Positions 28,653 through 37,538 of a DNA stretch of 64,000 nucleotides are shown here, in pieces. The stretch spans positions 5,216,001-5,280,000 of the forward strand of contig OZ245365.1 of assembly GCA_965226495.1 (NCBI GenBank), read 5' to 3'. The DNA is from Candidatus Marinacidobacterales bacterium (lineage in GTDB: Bacteria > Acidobacteriota > Vicinamibacteria > Marinacidobacterales > DATDRI01). The notes under the pieces are model-generated. The model was not told the origin of the DNA, did not search any database, and saw nothing but the letters and a program-made list of their open reading frames with translations. The translations under genes and the position numbers were made by a program. Numbering within the stretch: the stretch's first letter is position 1; each line of letters begins with the position of its first letter.

Positions 28653-29552
28653 TCCATTAGAAGGAGCCTTCAGCCTGCTCTTCCTCACCAAGGACGCTCT
28701 CTACGGCGTTCGCGACCCGCGAGGATTCCGCCCCCTCGTTATCGGAAAGCTCGGCGATAGCTACGTTCTGTGCTCCGAGACCTGTGCCTTGGATCTGATC
28801 GACGCGACCTACGTCAGGGAGGTGGAGCCTGGGGAGATCGTGGTCATCGACAAGAACGGACTCCGATCGATCCGCCCATTCGCCACCGAACAACCCCGCC
28901 AGTGCGTCTTCGAGCACGTCTATTTCTCCCGGCCCGATAGCGTCGTCTTCGGCCGAAGTGTCCACGTCTCCCGTATCGAGATGGGAAAACGCTTGGCACA
29001 AGAAACTGCGGTGGATGCCGATGTCGTGGTGCCGGTGCCGGACTCCGGTATGTTCGCGGCGGTGGGCTACTCGATGGCCTCGGGCATTCCTCTCGAGTTC
29101 GGACTCATCCGCAACCACTACGTGGGTCGCACATTCATCGAACCACATCAATCGATTCGGCATTTCGGCGTGAAAGTGAAGCTCAACCCCGTCCGCTCGG
29201 TGCTCGAGGGACGGAGGGTGGTGCTGATCGACGACTCCATCGTGCGGGGAACCACCAGCCAGAAGATCGTCGGCATGGTACGAAACGCCGGCGCTCGAGA
29301 AGTCCATCTCCGTGCTACTACGGAATCGACACCCCGGAGAAGAAAGACCTCATTGCCTCCTCTCATTCCGTCGAGGAGATCCAAAAATTCCTCGGCGCCG
29401 ACAGCCTCAGCTATCTCTCCCACCGCTCGCTCATGGCCTCGGTCCAAAACGGAGCGGATCAATTCTGCTCCGCCTGTTTCAACGGCAACTACCCGGTTCC
29501 GCTTACCGACGAAGCCCTCGGGCAAAGAAAGCTCTTCGAGAAGACTCGCTAG
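28653..29552 (+). pseudogene. purF: purF relic 3 (5'-truncated, frameshifting deletion near 29313)
   Basis: Colinear with about 12227-13154; lacks the SSPPITGP segment. Confidence 0.93.
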
Positions 29553-29698
29553 GCGTCTATGCTCGTCCCACTCGTCGGGGCGCGTTGGCGTCACCGCGAC
29601 ATCATCGGCAGACTCGATTCTCCAATGATTTGCGCAATTGAACTACTATTTCGCCACCCACACGTCCCCTGTGGTTAGGCGCAGGGGACGGGGGTGCG

Positions 29699-30139
29699 TT
29701 GCAACAAGAACAGATCCTCGGGTCACGAAACATCGTGAGGCCGGGTCAGTCTCTAGTCAAGCCAACGGTAATTACTTTTGAGAAGGCGAGCGTTCACATA
29801 CCCGCTCAGAGTTGGCTCGTGGTTCCTCGTTTTGTCACCCCCATGTTTGTATGGGAAGTGTCGTTTGGTGTTCATAATGACACCGCCTTCGGTTTCGCAT
29901 ATTTCATCATTTATTCCTACATAAACATCCTTCCGTTCTTTCTGCTCGAGACCATGGGGATGATTGGGACAAGTGGCTGGTTTAGTCAGGGAGGAATTCT
30001 CCACAATGCGACGACTATCCAAGGGCAGGTCGTTGTTGCGATCGCGTGCCTCGTTTGGTGGATGACGGTGGCAGGTGCGATTGGTTTTGCCATAGACCTG
30101 GTAAGCGGCTCGAAGGCTAGGCGCCAAGGTTTAGGCTAA
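29699..30139 (+). CDS. Hypothetical membrane protein, AT-richer than the surroundings; start uncertain
   Basis: Hydrophobic segments; bracketed by GTTAGGC (29674) and GGCTAAC overlapping the stop. Confidence 0.5.
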   Translation: MQQEQILGSRNIVRPGQSLVKPTVITFEKASVHIPAQSWLVVPRFVTPMFVWEVSFGVHNDTAFGFAYFIIYSYINILPFFLLETMGMIGTSGWFSQGGILHNATTIQGQVVVAIACLVWWMTVAGAIGFAIDLVSGSKARRQGLG

Positions 30140-30208
30140 CCGGGAATCGACACCCTGCAGAAGAATTCGGCCATACAACTCTCAGGTCGCCTCTCAAGGA
30201 GGTTTTTC

Positions 30209-31407
30209 GTGAAAACACGTCACGTTTCGATCCTGGCCGTCGCGGCCTTCGGCTTTGTCCTCATCCTTGTCGGCACCGGAACCGTCGCTGCCGAGGTCGG
30301 CATCGAGTACATCGCCCACGCCTGTTTCGTCATCGAATCGCCCGAGGGGACGCGCGTCGTCATCGATCCGTACAACACGCAGCGCTGGCTCGGTTACGGC
30401 TTCCCCCAAGACATAGAGGCGAACGCGGTTCTGGTGACCCATCCTCACTATGATCACGACGCGTCCTACTACTGGGGAGATGCCGTTCCGGTGTTTCGCG
30501 AGGCGGGGAGCTTCTCGATAGGCGACGTCGGGCTGCAAGGCGTCTTGGGTGTCATGCCGATCCTTATGGGAAGGACTTCGAACAGAAAAACACCATCTGG
30601 ATCGTGGAGACCGGAGGCCTCCGCATCGTGCACCTCGGTGACAACGGTCCACTTACCGAAGAGAACCTGAAGGAAATGGGCCGGATTGACGTTCTGATGC
30701 TTCCCGTCGACGGGCTCGATCACATCCTCAAAACGGCTGAGGTCGAGGCTATCCGCGACGCCTTGAACCCGGCCGTGACGATACCGATGCACTATCGGCT
30801 CGAAGGTTTCTTGGGCCTTCCGCGCTCGCTCGGCCCGCTCGGTCCCTGGGAGGAAAAGCAATCGGACGTGGAACGGCTGCCGTCCAACCAGACGCGCCTA
30901 ACGGCCGGAAAGCTTGGTTCTTCCCGCATCCTCGTCTTCGAGCCCACGCCATCGCTTCGGGTCTGGCCGAAGGGACTGGCGGAAGGATGGCAAAAGCTGG
31001 ATGAAGCGAGAAGGCTGATGGGCGAGAATCGAGAAGCGGCGGCCAAGCTCCTGGCGGAGGCGGCCGAACTCGGTGACTCGATCGTCTTCGCCGTTCAATG
31101 GGCGCGCGCGCTCAAGCAAACGGAGCGGGCAGATGAGGCCATGGCCTTCTTAGAAGCGGCGCTTGCGCGCGCCGAGCAAGACGATTGGGAGTATCGCATG
31201 AGGGCCCATGCCCTGCTCGGCGAGCTCTATCGCGATAAGGGCTGGACGGAACGCGCCGCCGGACAATACCGCATCGTGCTCGACAACAGCTACCGGACGG
31301 AGCTTCGCGAGCAAGCGCAGGCTTTTTTCGCCGCGACAGGATCCAAGCGACCAGCTCCATCGTGGATCCTTAGCTCGACGAAGATTGGCTCCGCCAACAC
31401 TCGATAG
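30209..31407 (+). CDS. Secreted MBL-fold hydrolase with C-terminal TPR-like helices; frameshift near 30550
   Basis: AHACF..IDPY..THPHYDH in frame 1; HADPYG...HLGD...IPMHY and TPR-like repeats in frame 2. Confidence 0.75.
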
Positions 31408-31457
31408 GCCTACAAACGAGTGCATGAACGAGGCGCGGACGATAAACGGCAGGAGGC

Positions 31458-32024
31458 ATGACCTTTCGTGCCGGAGTGCTAATCGCGTTATGCGCTAGGG
31501 AGCGCCGTCGCAACGCCCACCTCGCTGCGGCGCAGGACTCATCGAGTGACGAAGTCCAACCGCTGCGGTTCGTCATCACAGCAGAGCCGTCATCGTATGA
31601 CGTAAACGAAATCCCGACCACGCAGTATCCGACCAGCAAAGAAGCCGTGTTCTCCGTCACAGTAGAAATACAAAATGTCAGCGAGCAGGACCGCCTGTTC
31701 TATGACTTCGAAGTCTCCGGGACGCCAACCTGCCACTTGACGGGCCCCGACGGAGAGCCGATTGAGATTGCCTATCGCATCTCAGACCCAGCGCCTCCTA
31801 CGAAAAAAAGCTTTGTCCTGATCAAGGCCGGGGAGTCGCGGCCAAAACACTTCGACGTCTCGTTTTGGACCGGTGATGCTGTCGCTCCAGGGACCTACAC
31901 ATTGTCGATGGACTATAAGGTCTGGATGAACTCGTACTTCGATCCTGAAAAGAGTGCGCGTGTGGATGTGGATGCATGGACCGGCACGTTGCACTCCAAC
32001 GAAGTGACAATCGACGTGCACTAG
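31458..32024 (+). CDS. Hypothetical protein, copy 1 of a duplicated secreted Ig-like protein
   Basis: Near-identical to 33965-34531; signal peptide altered by compensating +1/-1 indels. Confidence 0.75.
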   Translation: MTFRAGVLIALCARERRRNAHLAAAQDSSSDEVQPLRFVITAEPSSYDVNEIPTTQYPTSKEAVFSVTVEIQNVSEQDRLFYDFEVSGTPTCHLTGPDGEPIEIAYRISDPAPPTKKSFVLIKAGESRPKHFDVSFWTGDAVAPGTYTLSMDYKVWMNSYFDPEKSARVDVDAWTGTLHSNEVTIDVH

Positions 32025-32076
32025 GATGCCGGGCACGGACTTCTTGAAACAGTTCAATGATTCCAATCGCGCGCGC

Positions 32077-33135
32077 TTACGTAAGGCCGTACCATGCCCC
32101 CCGGCCAGCCCCATGCTGCCTTAGATGGCCGGCGCTGGTTAGCGCTTTGAGATGGTCCTTAATTGTGTTCCGGTTCGCCCTCGTGACTTTCGCCGCTTGG
32201 GCGACGGTGACCCGTCCGCGCTCACGGCACAGTTCGAGGATCTGTACCGAGAGCTCCGGCAAATCGCCGAGAATGAGACGCTCCCGCTCCATCTTTTTCT
32301 CGAGTCGCGCTTTCTGTCGTTGAATGGACTTCAGGAAGAAGCTGAGCCAGGGCTGCCAATCCGGCGTATCTGTCCGAATAGTCTCCTGCGTTCCCCGCAA
32401 CGCGAGATAGTATGCATCCTTGCTTTGCTCTATCACGCTCTCGAGCGAGCTAAAAGGCACATAGGCATAGCCTGCCCGTAGCAACAGCAGCGTTGTCAGG
32501 ATGCGTGACAGGCGACCGTTACCGTCCTGAAATGGATGAATCTCCAAGAACACGACGATGAAGAGCGCGATCACAATGACCGGATGCAGGTCCTGCGTTT
32601 CCAGGCCCTCCCGCGTCCAATCAATCAGCTCTGCCATCAGGCGCGGCGTATCGAACGGGCGAGGCGTCTGAAAGACAACGCCGAGGCTCTCGCCGTCTGG
32701 GCCAAACGCTTCAACATGGTTGTCTAGCGTTTTGTATTCCCCACGATGCCGCTCGTCCTTCGATGTGTATTGGAGCAGGTCGCGATGCAATTGCTTGAGG
32801 TGGTTCTCGGATAGCGTGATGTCCTGCCAATGCTCAAATACGGTCTCCATGACTTCCGCGTAGCCGGCGACCTCCTCTTCGTCGCGGGAAGCGAAAGCTT
32901 TCATATCCAGATTGGCAAGTAGTCGCTCGACATCCTTGTCGCTCAGTTTTGCCCCTTCGATCCGTGTCGATGAACCGATGCTCTCGATAGTGGCAACACG
33001 ACGCAGCGAGGTGAGTCGCTCTGGGGATATCCGCCCGATGGCAGTCCAAGCGCCCTTGAATTCATCGATTTCCGCGATCAGTTTGAGAATCTCCGACGTG
33101 ATTGCTAGCGCGTGGGTCCGGATGCCGTCCGCCAT
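32077..33135 (-). CDS. Fic family protein with N-terminal inhibitory motif and C-terminal wHTH
   Basis: HPFQDGNGRLSR Fic motif and STRIEG inhibitory motif; SD GGAGG before ATG 33135. Confidence 0.93.
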   Translation of the reverse strand: MADGIRTHALAITSEILKLIAEIDEFKGAWTAIGRISPERLTSLRRVATIESIGSSTRIEGAKLSDKDVERLLANLDMKAFASRDEEEVAGYAEVMETVFEHWQDITLSENHLKQLHRDLLQYTSKDERHRGEYKTLDNHVEAFGPDGESLGVVFQTPRPFDTPRLMAELIDWTREGLETQDLHPVIVIALFIVVFLEIHPFQDGNGRLSRILTTLLLLRAGYAYVPFSSLESVIEQSKDAYYLALRGTQETIRTDTPDWQPWLSFFLKSIQRQKARLEKKMERERLILGDLPELSVQILELCRERGRVTVAQAAKVTRANRNTIKDHLKALTSAGHLRQHGAGRGAWYGLT

Positions 33136-33142
33136 TTTGACC

Positions 33143-33211
33143 TCCAATTCCATCCATTTAGAGGATAGTACCGCTCCATCCAATTGTCCATCCATTTCCA
33201 TCCAATTGTCC
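33143..33211. repeat. Tandem TCCATCCA(A/T)TT repeats upstream of fic
   Basis: About four 11-12 nt units at 33149, 33175, 33187 and 33197. Confidence 0.65.
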
Positions 33212-33266
33212 GGCAACGGCGCCTGGCCTTGATTGGACTTGCGAAATAGGGATGCACTGTGTTAAT

Positions 33267-33296
33267 GTGAAACTGTGAAAAATATCACAGTTTCAC
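33267..33296. promoter_or_regulatory. 12-bp inverted repeat over the antitoxin start (probable TA operator)
   Basis: gtgaaactgtga-aaaata-tcacagtttcac is a perfect IR covering GTG 33275. Confidence 0.65.
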
Positions 33297-33517
33297 TCCC
33301 AGACGATATTTATCGACAGGCGCGCATAAAGGCCGCTGAGCGAGACACTTCTGTCAGTGCCTTGGTCCGGGAGTTCCTCCTCAAACTGGGGAGGGAAGAG
33401 TCCGACTTCGAGCGACGCCGGCGACTTCAGACCGAAGTGTTGGAGACGCTGAAGAGCTTCCGGGCTGCCGACCGCTTGACCCGCGAGGAACTCCACCAGC
33501 GCAATGCGCTTCGTTGA
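33275..33517 (+). CDS. RHH/CopG-type antitoxin (VapB-like)
   Basis: MKNITVSL...ARIKAAE..TSVSALVREFL...REELH; overlaps the PIN gene. Confidence 0.88.
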   Translation: MKNITVSLPDDIYRQARIKAAERDTSVSALVREFLLKLGREESDFERRRRLQTEVLETLKSFRAADRLTREELHQRNALR

Positions 33518-33920
33518 CACGAATATCCTCCTCTACGCAGCAAGCACTTCTCCAGACGAGCAGGAGAAGGCACGAATCGCGCTCGCACTTCTCGATTCGG
33601 AAGACATGGCCCTCTCGGTGCAAGTACTGCAGGAGTTCTACGTACAGGCCACTCGCCCCGGCAAGTCGAATGCGATGAGCCACGAGCAGGCTTCACTTCT
33701 CATCGAGTCCTTCCTCCGCTTTCGCGTTCAAGAGACAACGGTTACGTTGATGCAGTCCGCTCTCGATACAAGAGACCGTTTCCAGATCTCCTATTGGGAT
33801 GCGGCAATTATCGAAGCGGCGAGAGCGCTCGGATGTCGCACCGTTCTCACAGAAGATCTGAACGACGGACAAGACTTCGCGGGTGTCACTGTGGAGAACC
33901 CCTTCCGCAAGCTCGTCTGA
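33504..33920 (+). CDS. PIN-domain toxin (VapC-like)
   Basis: FVDTNILLY, SVQVLQEF, SYWDAAII, TEDL, NPF. Confidence 0.92.
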   Translation: MRFVDTNILLYAASTSPDEQEKARIALALLDSEDMALSVQVLQEFYVQATRPGKSNAMSHEQASLLIESFLRFRVQETTVTLMQSALDTRDRFQISYWDAAIIEAARALGCRTVLTEDLNDGQDFAGVTVENPFRKLV

Positions 33921-33964
33921 CTCATCGTCCGGAGAAGTAGCGGACACGGAAATCGAGGATTCAT

Positions 33965-34531
33965 ATGACCTTTCGTGCTGGAGTGCTAATCGTGTTGTGC
34001 GCTGGGAGCGTCGTCGCCAATGCCCGCTTCGCTGCGCCGCAGGACTCATCGAGTGAAGAGGTCCAACCGCTGCGGTTCGTCATCACAGCTGAGCAGTCAT
34101 CGTATGACGTAAACGAAATCCCGACCACGCAGTATCCGACCAGCAAAGAAGCCGTGTTCTCCATCAAAGGAGAAATACGGAATATCAGCCAGCAGGACCG
34201 CTTGTTCTATGACTTCGAAGCCACCGGGACCCCCACCTACCACTTGACGGGACCCGACGGAGAGCCGATTGAGATTGCCTATCGCATCTCAGACCCAGCG
34301 CCTCCTACGAAAGAGAGCTTCGTCCTGATCAAGGCCAGGGAGTCGCTGCCGAAACACTTCGACGTCTCGTTCTGGACCGGCGATGCTGTCGCTCCAGGGA
34401 CCTACACATTGTCGATGGACTATAAGGTCCGCATGAACTGGTACTTCGATACTGAAAAGAGTGCGCGTGTTGATGTGGATGCATGGACCGGCACGTTGCA
34501 CTCTAACGAACTGACGATCGCCGTGCATTAG
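33965..34531 (+). CDS. Hypothetical secreted Ig-like protein, copy 2
   Basis: Intact signal peptide; PGTYTL..Y...WTG..SN..I C-terminal beta-sandwich pattern. Confidence 0.8.
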   Translation: MTFRAGVLIVLCAGSVVANARFAAPQDSSSEEVQPLRFVITAEQSSYDVNEIPTTQYPTSKEAVFSIKGEIRNISQQDRLFYDFEATGTPTYHLTGPDGEPIEIAYRISDPAPPTKESFVLIKARESLPKHFDVSFWTGDAVAPGTYTLSMDYKVRMNWYFDTEKSARVDVDAWTGTLHSNELTIAVH

Positions 34532-34538
34532 GATGCCG

Positions 34539-34583
34539 GTCCATCTTCGCGTTTCTTCTCCGTTCATTCCGTCGAGGAGTTCT
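34539..34583 (+). pseudogene. purF: purF micro-relic 4
   Basis: 34539-34562 matches 12876-12899 (21/24) and 34564-34579 matches 12965-12980 (16/16), in the same order and orientation. Confidence 0.75.
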
Positions 34584-34597
34584 TGTTACCTTCAGTT

Positions 34598-34615
34598 ACT
34601 CGGTCCGGACCGAGT
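34598..34615. terminator. 18-bp perfect palindrome between convergent genes (possible terminator or binding site)
   Basis: actcggtcc/ggaccgagt. Confidence 0.35.
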
Positions 34616-34633
34616 CGTTATCACAAATGTTTC

Positions 34634-35206
34634 TCAGTAGGTCGTCAGCGTGAATTCCACCGGGAACGACCGCGAAAGCATTTCGTAGACCGGAGAGAAG
34701 AGCGCCAGTTCGGTGAGCTCCTTTACGCTTGCCTCGCTCCTGACGCGCATGTTGACCGTAACCTTGTTGAAGCCCCTACGCACGTCGTCGGCAAGACCGA
34801 AAAGGCCGCGGACGTCCATGTCGCCCGTGTACGAAGATTCGACGGCTTCGATCTCAATGCCGCGCACGGCTGCGTGGTAGACGAGGGTCCCTGTCAAGCA
34901 GGTGGCCAGCGCGTGCAAGACATACTCCATCGAATTCGGCGCGCTGTTTTGACCCGCAGCGATCGTCGGCTCGTCGGCGTCGAGCGTGAATGCCTCTTTG
35001 CGCGTCGTGTCCTCGGCGTTGCCGGCGAAGAAGTCCTTGATCCGGCTGCGGCTCAGGCCGCCGTTGATCCATTGGTTGGTGGCCCGCCACTGAAATTTTG
35101 CATAGCCGGGGTCTGACTCGATCGCCCCGATCACGTCCATGACCTGGCTCACGTCGACGCCATTGGTCGTCTCTTTCTTTTCTTCAATTCCATTACTGGT
35201 TGTCAT
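34634..35206 (-). CDS. OsmC family protein
   Basis: NGVDV...W...ADEP...G...PN.EY.L.ALA.C...GD.D.RG..G...FSPV. Confidence 0.88.
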   Translation of the reverse strand: MTTSNGIEEKKETTNGVDVSQVMDVIGAIESDPGYAKFQWRATNQWINGGLSRSRIKDFFAGNAEDTTRKEAFTLDADEPTIAAGQNSAPNSMEYVLHALATCLTGTLVYHAAVRGIEIEAVESSYTGDMDVRGLFGLADDVRRGFNKVTVNMRVRSEASVKELTELALFSPVYEMLSRSFPVEFTLTTY

Positions 35207-35350
35207 TTCATCTCTCCTGAAGAGTTGATGCCGCGGGATTGCGACCGTCAGAGACCATGTTAAGAAGTTGGACGCCTTGCCCGATAGTGTAGGATGTGTA
35301 GTGTTGAACTACATATTCTGTAGTTCGAAACAGCACGCGGAGGGGGCACA

Positions 35351-36058
35351 ATGGCGGGCTACGGGCAGTTCTGCCCGGTGGCGAAGGCCACCGAGGTCAT
35401 CGGCGAAAAGTGGACGGTGCTGGTTTTGCGTGAGCTCTTTTTGGGCACGACGCGATTCAATGATTTCCAGCGCGCGATCTCGCGCATGTCGCCGACACTG
35501 CTCGCGAAAAGGCTCAGGCACCTCGAAAAGTGCGGCGTCGTCATTCGCAAGAAACTCTCCGGACAGAAGGGCTATGAATACCGCTTGACCGCGGCCGGCA
35601 AGGAGCTCGGTCCATTGATCGAAGTCCTGGCGGTTTGGGGTATGCGCTGGGCGCGCAGTCAGCTGACGGACGACGAGCTCGATGTGGAATTCCTGATGCG
35701 GGAACTCCAGCGACGGCTACAGACCGAGCATCTGCCCGATGGCGAGACCGTCATCTGCTTGATGTTCGACAAACTAAAGAGGCGAAAGACCTGGTGGCTC
35801 CTCGTCGAGGGCGATGTGGTGGACCTGTGTACCGAGGACCCGGGCAAAGACGTCGATCTCTATATCAGTTCGAGAGTGCGCACCATCGTCGAAGTCTGGG
35901 AGGGCGACCTCGACATGCGCAAAGCCCTGCGCAACGGGTTGATCAAGGCGCAAGGTTCGCGCCACCTCATTCGCACGATGCCAGACTGGTTCGGCGTTTC
36001 CCTGTACAAACACGTCCAGCGGGGCGACCCGAAGCTCATGCGGAAGGCCGCTGATTAG
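35351..36058 (+). CDS. HxlR family transcriptional regulator with C-terminal SCP2-like domain
   Basis: YGQFCPVAKA.E..GEKWT.L.LREL..G..RFND; divergent from the OsmC gene. Confidence 0.9.
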   Translation: MAGYGQFCPVAKATEVIGEKWTVLVLRELFLGTTRFNDFQRAISRMSPTLLAKRLRHLEKCGVVIRKKLSGQKGYEYRLTAAGKELGPLIEVLAVWGMRWARSQLTDDELDVEFLMRELQRRLQTEHLPDGETVICLMFDKLKRRKTWWLLVEGDVVDLCTEDPGKDVDLYISSRVRTIVEVWEGDLDMRKALRNGLIKAQGSRHLIRTMPDWFGVSLYKHVQRGDPKLMRKAAD

Positions 36059-36112
36059 CCATGAACGGCGCTGTCACGAGTGTCTGGCAAGGACCAAATC
36101 AGAACTGTTCAG

Positions 36113-36214
36113 TTCACCCGCCCCCTGTGCCCCTATCCGATGGTCGCGACCTACGACGGAGTGGGTGATCCGAACGACGAGGCTAGCTACGGCTGCCGGT
36201 CGTCAGGCTCGTAG
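36113..36214 (+). pseudogene. C-terminal remnant of a tannase/feruloyl esterase gene
   Basis: FTRPLCPYPMVATYDGVGDPNDEASYGC...* is the conserved C-terminus of the family; the rest of the gene is absent. Confidence 0.75.
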
Positions 36215-36250
36215 ACGGGACATTGCTAGTCCGACTGGTCGATCATCGTT

Positions 36251-36288
36251 CCCCTCACCCCAGCCCTCTCCCCAGAGGGGAGAGGGAG
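36251..36288. repeat. REP element (CCCCTCACCCC..CCCTCTCCCC...GGGGAGAGGG type)
   Basis: ccctctcccc-aga-ggggagaggg hairpin preceded by cccctcacccc. Confidence 0.75.
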
Positions 36289-36310
36289 AATGCTGACTCG
36301 CTCCCTTCTC

Positions 36311-37426
36311 TCACTGTTCGGTGCCGTCAAGTAGCGCGTAGACTCGCTGCACGGCGTGGGGGTGCACGCCCGGACCCTCGATTTGAGGATAGTGCTCGGC
36401 GTGATGGGTCATGTCGATCGTTTGGGCCGCCTCTTCCTCGCTGACACCAGCCTCATGCTTGACCACGATCTTCGTCCAAAGATCGCGCAAGTAGGCCTGG
36501 AAGTGGTCGATCTTCTCGACGTCCTCGAACGCCGCGCCGTGACCGGGGAGGACGACATCGAAGTCCAAGTTCTTGAGCTCCTCGAGGGTGTCGGCCCATT
36601 CATTCAAGTAGGCGTTGCCCATGTAGCTGAGGCCGCCGGTCAAAAGATCACCGGTTGCGATGACCCTCTCCTGTGGCAGGTAGACGACGACGTCACCGCC
36701 GGTATGGCCACGGCCGAAGAACAGTAGCTGAATCTCCCGGCCTCCCCGGATCAGCGTTATGCGTTTCGTCAGCGTGATGGTTGGTGGCGTCGGGACCACG
36801 GCATTCGTTGCGTCTTGATAATGCTTCAGGACGGTCAGCTGCTTTCGGAGCTCCGCTTCGGCGTCTGAATCGGTCGCGTCAATGTCGTCAATGGCCGTTT
36901 GGAGCTTGCTTTCCGTTTCCTTGATTCGATCCGGCAACCCTCCGACAAACAGGTCCCAGGCCCGGCCTTCCATCGATGCCCCCGATACGAGTTGCTCTCG
37001 TGTGAATTTGTGCCCGATGATCTCGACATCGTCGCCGAAGGTCTGGTTGCCGTGTGCGTGGTCGAAATGAAAATGCGTATTCACGACGTAGCGTACGGGC
37101 TTGTCGGTGATGTTCTTCAGCTCTTTCAACAACGCCCACGAAGCGGCCGGCGTCATGTGAGAGTCCACCAGGAGCACGTCGTTTTCATTGATGATGACGC
37201 TGCCGTTGCAGCCGACTGTCAAGTTGCCGGTGCCGACGGCATGGTAGATATCGTCGCGAACCTTGTGAAAGGTGAAAGCCTCGCCTTCCCAGGAGGCGCC
37301 AGGCGGGGGTCCCGCGTCATTGATAGCTGCGTGGGGGATAGCTGCGTCGGGTGCCTGCACTGGCTGACATGCCCAGTTTGCGGCCAGAGCCAAGGCTGCG
37401 ATCACGCGAAAAGCTTTCCCCTGCAT
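36311..37426 (-). CDS. MBL-fold metallo-hydrolase lipoprotein (cyclase-like)
   Basis: Lipobox-like NWAC; THFHFDHAHGN, GHTGGD, TGD, PGHG. Confidence 0.88.
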   Translation of the reverse strand: MQGKAFRVIAALALAANWACQPVQAPDAAIPHAAINDAGPPPGASWEGEAFTFHKVRDDIYHAVGTGNLTVGCNGSVIINENDVLLVDSHMTPAASWALLKELKNITDKPVRYVVNTHFHFDHAHGNQTFGDDVEIIGHKFTREQLVSGASMEGRAWDLFVGGLPDRIKETESKLQTAIDDIDATDSDAEAELRKQLTVLKHYQDATNAVVPTPPTITLTKRITLIRGGREIQLLFFGRGHTGGDVVVYLPQERVIATGDLLTGGLSYMGNAYLNEWADTLEELKNLDFDVVLPGHGAAFEDVEKIDHFQAYLRDLWTKIVVKHEAGVSEEEAAQTIDMTHHAEHYPQIEGPGVHPHAVQRVYALLDGTEQ

Positions 37427-37538
37427 GTTGACCCTCCAGATTGATCGATAGAAGGGGGGAGCCTACGCCATCGGGCGTTTCGTTTCAACGACACTGGCTT
37501 TGCTTCAACACCACTACCCGGCGAGGTAAAGTGGGCCG

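Noticed and set aside
28585-29628. 347-aa ORF as a second functional PurF
   Set aside because: Lacks the N-terminal catalytic Cys region and frameshifts at about 29313.
26297-34583. Prophage or integrase-driven island; complete integron
   Set aside because: No integrase, phage or conjugation gene and no repeated attC sites were recognised.
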